Shown here: one piece after another, positions 52,553-64,000 of the stretch | Layout of the letters: the number at the start of each line of letters is the position of its first letter | How positions within the stretch are numbered: position 1 is the first letter of the stretch | Origin: Rhizophagus irregularis | Taxonomy: Eukaryota | Length of the DNA: 64,000 bases | NCBI RefSeq assembly: GCF_026210795.1 | Contig: NC_089436.1 | Span: 1,550,001-1,614,000 of the forward strand | Direction of reading: 5' to 3' | The notes under the pieces: model-generated | The model's input: only the letters and a program-made list of their open reading frames with translations | Told to the model about the DNA's origin: nothing | Databases searched by the model: none | Position numbers and translations under genes: made by a program

Positions 52553-55504
52553 TTTTCCTCGTAGTAAAAATGTTTGATATTTATTAGACTGCCTAAGGTG
52601 ATCAAGTTTATGAAAAGGTGAATTGTAACAGTTAGCTTGACTTGAAAAAGAATAAGAAAAGATAGAAATATATAAACGTTTTGACGAAAAATTATTAAGG
52701 TTTGAATTGGAGAAAGAATAAAAATAACGTGCAAGATTTGCAAGAGAGTAAGTCATCGAGTCATTTATATTATCAAGCCGTACCGATTATTTATGTGGAA
52801 AGGTCTTACAGAAAAACGCCCTTATACGGATACAGATGTGGATGTCATACAATAACTCGGCAAGTCCTTTTCTTTGACTTTTGCGTTAGGATGTAATTAT
52901 CTTAAAGTGGAAACTGAGATGCCTATCAATAACTCTAATACGCAGAAATATTGTGTCATTTTAATTTTTTTTGTTAACAATATAAATAATATGTTATGTT
53001 TTATCTTTAGATATTGATCAGGTTTTTAATTTATTACTTCTATTATTAATAAATTAGGATTATTAAATTTATGTTATGTATAAACGAAACTATACTTTAA
53101 TTGATGGATTCAATGCTTATGTTCTATCTCGGCCAAAATTATTTGGGCACTTTGTTTTGCCAAAATTATGCAGATCATCACATGTTGATGTAATAACATG
53201 TAAATACCACACTATTTAAATTGTCTTAATAATAATAATAAGCAAAAATTATGAAAATCCAGTTACTAGAACAAAAGATATTATAAAATAAACTTCTAGA
53301 CAATTTAAAGTATAATTACATGCTAAATATTAATCCCATAAATATAAAATTATTATCCTTTAAATCCTTTAATAAGACAAGTATAATAAATTCAATTTTT
53401 AAAATTTAAACTATGCAAATCTATATAAACTTCTAATACTTACATAGTATTTACAATTGTATAAGAATATATTTCTACAAAAAATAAAAAAAAAATATTT
53501 TATTCTTTAAAATATTAAAAAAATTTCTTTTTCCTCCTTAATTATCTTTTTTTTTTCCTTAATTATCTTTAAATTTTATGTTAAAAAATGTATTTTTACA
53601 AAAAAATAAAAAAAAATGTTGAAAATATTCTTAAATAAATTAATCAATATTTATCTTGGTAAAACTTACCAAAGGACTATTTAAATAAAATTGCTAATAT
53701 GTACTGCGCTTTTCTAATTTATTTCTGTTTACACTGATTAGTGATTAGTTATAAATAATCTAATGTGATCAATTTTTTTTCAAAACCAATTTTGATGACA
53801 TTTATTTGACTGGTTATCAGACTAATATAAATATGACTAGTGAGTCAAAAATAAACTTATTCTTGGCAAACTTTTTAATATCTTTTAAGCATAAATGTAA
53901 ATACAATTCAATTACAATTTATAACTTTAAGAAATAAATATTGCAAATTTCATGAAACTTATAATAGACAGAAATGGAAAATAAAATCTAATAATGAATT
54001 GAAAGACATGATTGAGAAACAGTTTAATCTAACAGGTGATACTTTTATTTTGATGGAATATGCAATAAATAAACTAAATGATATGGATTTCAAATTAAAA
54101 GTTATGAAAGTTAATCTAAATAACATAAAGACTAGATTGAGCAAAACGAATGCTTTGCTAAATAATACAGTCAGCACTGTTAATGTTCTAAGAGATGAAT
54201 AGGTTTGAACAGAAATTTTAAGGACTTTTCAGAATTGGATTGGAATTTTTTTTTAATAAACTAAATACTAAGTTCCAGAGAGTGAGAGGCAATTAGGATG
54301 GTATTAATAAAGCACTTAAAGATTATTATTACAAAAAAATTGACGTGAATAATTAATATGAATGTGTCATAAAATTAAATGAAGTATTAAGTAAAATTAA
54401 TCTGAATTTCAAAGACTGTATTGTTAATGAAAATGAAAAGGGATAGTAATGACATATTTCATTATAAATGGTAGAAAAGAGCAAAAGCAAGAAAAATATT
54501 AAATCAATACTTTTCTAATAACTTTGAAAAATTTTAAATATCATTACAAAAACTTTTTAGCACAGACATATGAAGTACTTGGAATGGATATAGTATCATT
54601 TAATAGTTTAATGGTATGTACAGCCATTTATTTATTGTTACTTTACCTACATTTTTTAATTTTGTATTATAACCAATAAATTTTAATTTTATAGGAATTA
54701 CTTTAATAGTCTTTACAAAAAAAAATAAAACTATTATGTTCAAAAAATTGTTGAAAGAAACAAATATCCTCTCCAGGTTTTTTAAAGATAATTTTTATTA
54801 GGAAAAATTACAAAAAATTTCTTAAAGCTTGCATAAGATTAGTTAAAGTAGTAATTTCAGTTATAATTATAATAGTAATTGCTTAAATTAGTTTTTTTTT
54901 TAAATGAAATTCTATGTGATTATTTATGTATTCATTAATGTAAATAAACACTAGTATAAGTTATACAGAAAATAATCATATCCATAGTCACTATATTATT
55001 TTTTAATCATACAGAATATCATAAGCTATGTAATAAAATTAATATAGTTTTTTTCGCTTCTATCAGTAAAAGTTTCATTCATAGTTTGGGCATTTATTTT
55101 TTATATATATATGGATATGAGGTGTATGTAATTTATCAGAATATCATTGATCTTTGAGTTCATCAGCCAAATTTTCGCTTGATTATACAACTTTTTAAAA
55201 ATAAAATAATCACTTCATCAGGAGTTGTATTTTTTATAAAATCTATGCAACATCTATAAACCTATATATATCCAATATAAATTTGTTATATAAATTTTTA
55301 TAAATCCATAATATATATAAATAATTTATTTATTTTTTACATAAATATAAAATTATTATAAATAATTCATATAAAATCTATATAAATATAAAATTATTTA
55401 AATATAAATATATGTATAATTATAGCCAAATAAATTTATACAAATATTTTGAATAAAATTACTTAAATATAGAATTATTTAAATATAAATTTATATATAA
55501 TATA

Positions 55505-55985
55505 TAGACCCCTACACTAATTTACCGGATTTCATGAAATTTACTTAGTAATATATAGTAAAATTGATGATTTTTGCGCTGCATAAAAGTTTATGAATTT
55601 TTAATAAAATTCAGCCAGAATTTTTTTTTTAAAAAGCCAATCAATTATAATTGTTAAGTATTAAAACAAAAAAGAAAAATTTTTAAAATATAAAAAAATT
55701 TTCTCATTGCAAAGTATAAGCAATAATTTTTCTATATGTTTTTTTCATTTTTACATATAAAATTATCTCATCCATTACTTTACAAATAAATATTTCTTTG
55801 CATTTTAAAATAGAATATTTCTGATTACATTTTTAAAAACTATAATCAATTGGCTTTCAAATAAAAAAAATTTGGCCAAATTTTATTGCGAACTCGTAAA
55901 TTTTTATGCAGCCCGAAAATCATCAATTTTACTATATATTACTAAGTAAATTTCATGAAATCTGGTAAATTAGTGTAGGGGTCTG
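55505..55985. mobile_element. MITE with long (about 120-bp) TIRs and TA flanks
   Basis: AGACCCCTACACTAATTTACC... and ...GGTAAATTAGTGTAGGGGTCTG are inverted copies. Confidence 0.85.
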
Positions 55986-56015
55986 TATAATTAAATAAAT
56001 AATATTATACAAATA

Positions 56016-57049
56016 CAGTCAACTCCCTCTATAGTCACTTCCGTTATAGTCACATTCTACTATATAGTCACACCAGTTGAATGTTCAAAACACTTTATTA
56101 TTAAAATCTATCCTATATATCACAATCTATCTATAGTCACTATCACACCTATCCTCAAAAATCTTATATTAAAAAGAACCATTTATAATCACAGTTATAT
56201 AAAAAATATATTAAATAACTTGGCATCTAATAATCGTACAAAGATGTATCATAGCTTGTTAGAATCGTCTCACTGAGACGAATCGAATGGTGGTAGTTTT
56301 ATCCTTTTCCGATCACTGGCTGACGAGTTATTCAACAAAATGTTAAATATCGGCATTATAATATTTCTTGATTTATGTTTACTGCGCCATTTAACATTTT
56401 GCTAGATTTCTCAGTACCTAGTGATTGTAAAAAGACGATTTATAGCTCGTTGGAATCACCTCATCGAGATGAATCAAATGGTGGTAAGCTCAATATTGAC
56501 GGAGTTATTACTTAAAAACAATTTAATATTTTTTAATTTCGTAAATTGATCTAGTGATTGGATTTCGATGTATCTTATACCATTAGATTCGTCTCATCAA
56601 GACGAATCGAATGGTAGTAAGATCGTCTTTCTAAGATCAATATTGGCAGAGTTATTACACAAAAACCATTAATATTTTTTTAATTTCGGAAATTAATCTA
56701 GTGGTTGGATTTCGACGTATTTTATACCATTAGAACCGTCTCATCAAGACAAATCGAATGGCGGTAAGATCATCTCTCTACGATTAATATTGGCGAGTTA
56801 CGATACAATAAAGTTTTAAGTATAATTTTGGCTAAAATTATGTTAATTTTTGGCCGGAATCATTAAATCCTTAGGGAATCACTAAATCCTTACATCATGA
56901 TTTAGTGAGGATGATGCAATGAACGACCTACCTTCATAACCTTCAATAGAGGGTGCGGAAAGTAGTGGCCACTAAACGTACAATACACTTGTAAAATAAT
57001 CACCAAATATGGATTGTCCCAAATGTGTGACTATAAAGAGAGTTGACTG
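56016..57049. mobile_element. Non-autonomous Tc1/mariner/pogo-like element, copy 2
   Basis: Same TIR and body as 11424-12384, TA flanks; differs by an alternative segment at about 56860-56995. Confidence 0.88.
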
Positions 57050-58203
57050 TATATACTAATTACATACATATAAAATTCAAGTACATATTTTGTATAAAAT
57101 TTTCATATAAATTTCACTTGTTTAAGACCTTATCAGATAGACTTTCAATAAAATTAATTGTTAATTTATTTTTGACAACTATTTTATTTTATTTAGAATA
57201 TCAATGTTAGGATAAATAAAATCAGATTAGAGTTAAAGGTAAAGTATATATCAATTATTTTTATTAGTAAATTGTTATTTAAAAAGTTACACTTTTTTTG
57301 ATTAAATCTTATTTCTTTAGAGATAAAATTTAGTATAAAATTTTTTTTACGTTTACTTTTCAAGAACTTCTAGTTTTTAAGTATAATAAAAAAGTTTATA
57401 TAATTTAGTTATTTTATATTTAAAATAATAAAAATATAATGTTGTAATGCTCATATGATCCCAATTTTTTACATAAAAGAAAATAATTTAATAAAAAGAT
57501 GAAGCTATATCTAAACTATTTAAAAGTTAAAACACTTTATTTTTGCTAATATATATATGAACTATATTCACTTTATAAATAAATATTTCTAATATACTAA
57601 TCTATTAATAATAAATGGTATGTTTTGTTATAATTATGATAGATATAGTAATGCCTTTTAACATTTCTTATATCTGGTATATGACACTTATTGCTTAAGA
57701 TCCTAATAATCAATATGTTATACAATGATCAAATAGTTGTTGATCAGTTATTGACTATTCTACTGATCTTCATATTCTGGATTTATATAATAAAGTAAAA
57801 GCATTTAATTTCAATACAAATAATATCTATAATGAAGAATATAATTATAATTCTGATTATATTATTTTTCACAATCAAGAAGAAAAATGGGCATTAATTC
57901 CATTATTATCTGAATATGTTATTTTTCAAAAAATGGTTTAAATTATCAATTTTAAAGAAAAATAATCAATTATTGTTCTTATAGGAAAAGTTTGACTTGG
58001 ATACATCCTATATAAATAAAAAAGCTCAAGATATTAAACAGCTTGCATTTCACTGTATACAGTTCCTTCTTGATATAACGAACCTTGCATCTTAATTGAT
58101 CAGGACTTCATTATAAACAACTTTATTAACACTATAATGAATTCTTTAGTATAGGTATATCAGTCATATTACTCATATAGATCATGTGATTTGTTGATCT
58201 GAT

Positions 58204-58649
58204 TAAGGTTGCTTGCCGAAATTAGGTAATTTAGGCCAAGGCTGAAACTTTTTTGTAGCCGAAAGTTTAGGCAATCAAAAATAAATTTGCCGAAATTTAT
58301 AATGCCAAAATTATTGCCGAAAGTCCGAAATTTGACCGAAATTATTGGTATAATTCTGGCCATTTTTAGGATGTAATTCTGGCCAGAAATGATCGACATT
58401 GTAAATTTCCTTTTTTGGAAAGTTATGTAACCTTTGTGAAACTGATTTCACCAATTTTACTGGGAAACAAAATTTCCTTTTTTTGGAAATTGGTGTAATG
58501 GCACGTGACACAATATCATAATTTCGGCTGAATTTTAATTTTGGCCAAAATTAAGACTGAGTTTCGGCCTAATTTCAGCATTTTCGGCATTTGATTTGAT
58601 TGGCCGAAACCTTTTGGAATTTCCTTTTTAGTTTCGGCAGGCAACCTTA
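58204..58649. mobile_element. hAT-type MITE sharing its TIR with the hAT at 6432-9877
   Basis: TAAGGTTGCTTGCCGAAA / TTTCGGCAGGCAACCTTA; 8-bp flanks GATCTGAT and GAACTGAT (1 mismatch); CCGAAA subterminal repeats. Confidence 0.85.
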
Positions 58650-58669
58650 GAACTGATTACTGATAATTT

Positions 58670-59305
58670 AATTACTAACATTTTTTTTATTTTTTTTATT
58701 GTAGTGAATTTTCCAGACTTTAAAATGGTCATCTGAAACGAGAAGTAAGTGGGAACAACTCATTTTTTTTATTAATTTTATTTAAGAACATTTACTAATG
58801 TTTTTTTTTTATTTTTTTTATTGTAGTAAACTTCCTGGACTTCAAAATGAACGCCTGGAATGAGAAGTAAGTGGGAATAACTCTTTTTTTTATTAATTTT
58901 GTTTAAGAACATTTACTAATGTTTTTTTTATTTTTTTTTATTGTAATAAACTTTTCAGACTTTGAAATGGACACCTAGAATGAGAAGTAAGTAGAGATAA
59001 CTCTTTTTTTATTAATTTCATTTAAAAATATTTATTACTTTTTTACTTTTTTTATTGTAGTGAACTTCCTGGACTTTGAAATGGGTGTTTAGAATGAGAA
59101 GTAAGTGGGAATAACTCATTTTTTTTATTAATTTCATTTAAGAACATTTACTAATATTCTTTTTTTATTTTTTTATTATAGTGAACTTCCTGGATTTTGA
59201 AATAGGCGTTTGAAACAAGAAGTAAGTGGGAAACTCATTTTTTTTTATTAATTTCATATAACATTATTTACTAATGTTTCTTTTTTTATTTTTTTTATTG
59301 TAGGA
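58670..59305 (+). repeat. Tandem repeat, about 120-bp unit x5, each unit an intron plus a 40-nt micro-exon
   Basis: ACTAA(T/C)...poly(T)...TTGTAG | TGAACTTCCTGGACTTTGAAATG...GAGAA | GTAAGT repeated. Confidence 0.8.
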
Positions 59306-59497
59306 AATGTTTTCTGAAGTGTTCTACTTTTTTTTGTAAATTTCAGCTTGGAACTTGGAAATGGAAACTGATGAATATTTTTAAAGAGTTGAAAGTAGGT
59401 TTTTAATTTTTTTTATGTAAAAATGTTTATTATAATTCCTTTTTTTGTAGAAAATAATTTAATGTTGTTTACAATAACTGACTATATAATAAATAAA

Positions 59498-60735
59498 CTA
59501 GGAAAACGGGAACCGTTGTAAGTCCGGAGCAATAAGTCGTTTCGTCACCCAAAAGCTGCCTAAAATCTGCAACTAAAAAAACAAACAAAATATTAGCAGA
59601 CGTTACATTTTGTTAAAAATAAAAAAAAAAGACAAAGAAAAAATATTTAAACACATACCGTAATGCATCTAGGGAGAACCAGATTTCCAACCTTACCGAA
59701 ATTCATGTCCATAGATATTTGAAGAAACTGTCTAAAAAAAAGTAATAAAACGAATTGTTACTAGTAAAAGTTTCGTTATTTTGTTGAAACAAATAACAAA
59801 GTAAAAAAAATATCTTACCTAAATCTAACGCGTCCAGATGACTCTAAAAAAAGTGAAGATGAATGAAATATTAGCAAACATTTCGCTAAAAGAATTGATT
59901 TAAGTAAAAAGAATACTTAAACTACCAAAATATATGTCAAGAGGCTCAAAGAATCGCCTACGAAAAGAAAAAAAGAAAGAACTATTAGTAACATTTAAAT
60001 TAAAAGAAAAATAAAAAAAAAGTCTGAAAGGGACCGAAGTTTACGCAAAATTTATTCGCTAAAAAACCATTTTTCCTTGGTGCTGCTGGTAACTTTCAGT
60101 ATTTTGTTTTAAACATCAACCATCTAAAAAAAGAGAAAAATTGAATGTTAACAATGCTTTGTTAGAATAAATAAATTCGAAAAAATACATTTGCAGATGT
60201 TCACCAAGTTTCTATGTATCCAAAGGGCTAAGAAACAATGCCTAAAAAAGAAAAAAAATGTTAAAAACTGGTTATCAAGATAAAAAAATTAAAGAAAAAA
60301 AAATGAAAACCTGAAATATCACGCTCGAGGAAAACTAAACACCAGAAAAAGTGAGAGAAGTAAGGGGAAGGGTAAGACGAAGGAAATAGGAAAGTACTTT
60401 TTTTTTCATGTGACTTATTTGTTTGATTATTGATCTTATCAGATGTGATACGCGGAGTAACGCGACGCGACAAAATTTTTTCAAATACAGGGTCTTTTTT
60501 TTTATATAATGAACATGATACATTTTGCTTTATCAAGTAATCGATGACATTGCATACAATGTTACTAAAAATAAAAAGTATAAAGGGAAATAAGCAGGGG
60601 CATTATGTTTCAAAAAGGAAATTGTGCGATGACGACGTAGGTGGAAGGAAGGAAAAATTACATGGGTTAAACCGGTACTACAAATTTATCTAGTTCCGTA
60701 CAATAAATAGTCCTTCGCTACGCTCCGGACAATAA
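59498..60735 (-). mobile_element. Helentron/HINE-like non-autonomous rolling-circle element
   Basis: Minus strand: 5' TTATTGTCCGGAGC, 3' inverted GCTCCGGAC, hairpin AACGG-TTC-CCGTT, terminal CTAG followed by TTT; second short copy at 41432. Confidence 0.6.
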
Positions 60736-63700
60736 TTATTGTTTGTTAATGATATGTTAATTTAACCAGAAGTATTCTTTAGGATCCTATTACTACTGTA
60801 ATAAATATAAATTAATAACAATTCATATTGAATCCTAATACAACTGAATTAATGTAAATTAACATAATTCTGCCTAAATATTAAATAAAATAGCCAGAAT
60901 TATCAATCCTGATACGATCCTGATATAATCCTGATCTATAATATTTAGTGCATCAATCTAATTATTAATAGAATTATTTAATTACATGCAAATAAAAACT
61001 GCAAAATTCTTTGTTATACTGAAAAAAAAATTTGTTATAAAAAAATCTGTTATATCAAGAGATATTTTTATATATTCACATACTTTACTTCATACTATGT
61101 TATACAGTAAATAAATAGTAAATTTCGTTATATCAAGATTTTTTTTATATTTAAAATCGATACCATACTGAAAATCTGTTATATCGTTATATTGAAATTT
61201 GCTATAGAGAAGGGGGACTGTATTAAAAAAATATAGCCTTGAATTAAACAATACAATTTAATTACTGCTTAGTTTTTATGATTCTTAAATAATAAATAAA
61301 CTTCAAAAACTTATTTATGATAAGTTTCTTTTATGATATCCAACTATTTTTCAATAAAAATCTTCAATTATTTCACCAGAAAATTTGCTATGCAATGCAA
61401 AAAAAAAAGAAGAAATACTTCATTGTAGTTTAAAATAAGAACAAAAGAACTGATACTTAAAATTTATAAATATATAATTATGATGTAGTTTTCTTTAATT
61501 CAATTGTAAGATTAGTACATATAATAAACCATTTTAATTATTAAAATGAATTTTTTGTAAATAAATTTTACTTTTAATAAATATCACTTTATTAATTATA
61601 AGTAAATATGTAATATTATTTAAAATTAAAATTAATAATTAGTAATTAAAAATTTATTTAATAAAAGTTTTTAAAAAATCCTTCATATTGTGTAGAAAGT
61701 TTTAGGAAAAATAAGATTGCACATGACTAATTGATCACAATTAATTTATTGATCACAATATTATATTACATTATACAGATCATTTGACAAAAATAATATA
61801 ACCCAATATTAAGCAAACTGTATGGTATATATTATATATGACAATTACTAATCATTTATTTAACCTAGAAATATCTATTTAATTTTTAACTTATTTCATA
61901 ATATATTAAGGAAAATATTCATTGTAAAGAAAATATATTAACTAGAACCTTACTATTGCTAATTTTTATTTCTTTTTACTATATAGAACAACTCTATATT
62001 TGTATTTTTATAATTTATTTATATTATATAGATTCATTATAATAAACATTACATCATCAAATAAATGCTTATTTTAGGATATACACCTATTTTTTAACTA
62101 ATTAATAATTCAAAATCAATAATTTTATACCATTAAATTCATCTTAATTATACTTTTCATCAAATTGATGAATTACTAACTAAATTGTATTTTAAGACAT
62201 AATTAATTCATAGTAATTTTATAATAAATAGTGAATTAATCTGTTTGCCAAAATATAATGTAATTAATTAGCGGAGAAGTATAATCTTAATAAGAAAAAT
62301 CTAATGGTAATAAATTTATTTTTCTAATTTTAATCTTTACTAAGATACAATGCAAAGTGATTTTTTATATAATATAAATAAGAGATGTCCTACATACAGT
62401 TTATATATTATAGATATATTTATAATTTTAATTTTGTAATAATATCTTAATATTTTTTTATAAATTTTTATATGCCAAAATAATAAGACTATATTATATT
62501 TATTTTGTATGGAAAAAAATCACATATTTAAAGAAGTTTTGCGATCTATTATTATTGAATTAATAAAATTAAAATTTTAATTAGTAAAATAAATCTTTTT
62601 TTTACTTTAAAAATTATTATACTAGTTATTAATTTTATTATTAAAATTCAGGTTGCGTACTAATAAATATTAGGAAAAAAATGTACGGGGGTTCTATTAA
62701 AAATTTAAAATCTATTTTCGAATCAGAATTCTTAAAACTACAGATGGAAAATGTTAAAGCCCAAAATGATAAGATTGTTACCATATGAAAAATTGTGAAA
62801 AAATGAAAAAAGTCAACAAGTAGTGCGACACAAATAACGTGTAATATTTATATTAATGAATTTATTTTTAATACCGATTTATTTAAAAATTCATCCTAAC
62901 TATACTTATTTTGAAACGAGTATTAATTTGGCAATTTTGGCGCGACAATACTTTTAATTTTTACATAAACATAGATGTCAATGTGATTTTATGCCGATTA
63001 AAAATAAGCAATATTATAATAAGCAGTTATGAGACCATGTTAATACCAAATATAGATGATTTTATGCAGATTTACATACTAGTAAAACAGGATAACGTAT
63101 TACTTGTAAACGCCTGATTATTTACCAAACAACGGATTAAGGTATAAAGGAGATCTACGATAATATCTAATTTTCTTTAAATATTATACATAAATTATAA
63201 ATAATTTTTGTTGCACTTCCCAAAATAATAATAACAAGACAACAAGAAATGTCTTATCTTATCATTATGTTTATCCCGATTTTTTTAATAATATAACCAT
63301 AAAAATAAGGATATACAAAAATTATAGTTACGGCATTTTTCATCGAACAGTGCCTTTCTTAAAGTTACCGATAAAAAAAAAAAATCTTTACTTCACTTAG
63401 AAAGCTTTTAATCAAACTTTCTTATCTAAGCACCTTCTTTCGAACCATCAAAAGGAAAGAAAGATTTCATAGTAAAATGATAAAATTGACGTTCTATGAT
63501 ATTTACCATATTGAAAAATACCATATCAAAATCCGGTTGAAACAATCTGGCTTATGACCAGAAATGTCAATTTTAATGGGATGTATATATCCAGCTATTT
63601 AAATAAAAAAAATATCTATTTTTTTTTAAATTAGCTGGTTTCGTGCATTATTTATAGTTTCAAGTAAGGTAATTTGCAATGATCACAAATAAAGTATTTT

Positions 63701-64000
63701 AAATATCTTTAAATATTTAAAGTTGTTCTAGCGATCTATGTTGTATTCATCATTTTGTATGGTCACACATAATATATGCATCTTTAAATTTGAAAGACCT
63801 TTTTGTCAAATGTTGATGCAGAAGAGTAGATTAGTTCTATTTATAGAATTAGATCATTTTATCTTTTATCTTCACCCACTTACTGTGCAAACATTGTGTT
63901 TATATAAATAAATGCACTTTCTCCCATTCACCCCTTAAGCTTCGGTTTGATCAAATTATTTCAATTTTTTCTCTCCAGGCTAAAATATATATATATATAT

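Noticed and set aside
53950..54850. Coiled-coil-like 67-aa ORF and nearby intron-like signals
   Set aside because: Too degraded to assign; probably a TE or gene remnant.
58060..61220. Possible pogo-like ends (TACAGT...GATATAACGAA) enclosing a 3.2-kb composite element
   Set aside because: The two ends match only loosely and may belong to separate truncated copies.

Overview
Very AT-rich eukaryotic DNA with short GT-AG introns, most consistent with an arbuscular mycorrhizal fungus (Glomeromycotina, Rhizophagus-like); this assignment is inferred from composition, intron style and TE content. (1) 1-5.2 kb: an intronless, GC-richer virus-like module encoding an AEP primase/SF3 (D5-like) helicase, a frameshift-masked tyrosine-recombinase/protelomerase-like gene and a Cys-rich ORF, followed by an iteron-like repeat array. 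(2) 6-26.5 kb: a DNA-transposon stack with a decayed hAT carrying a Myb/SANT-RS gene, two nested two-gene Plavaka (CMC) elements and several MITEs with clear TIRs and TSDs. (3) 30-39 kb: a head-to-head pair of paralogous zinc-finger PARP-like ADP-ribosyltransferase genes with an atypical H-W-I triad. (4) 39-45 kb: pseudogenes. (5) 49-53 kb: RTA1-like, TARG1/Poa1-type macrodomain and Cdc25-like/Ych1 genes. (6) 55-61 kb: MITEs, an intron/micro-exon tandem array and a Helentron-like element holding a spliced, apparently non-coding unit. No database searches were run; family calls rest on motif recognition.
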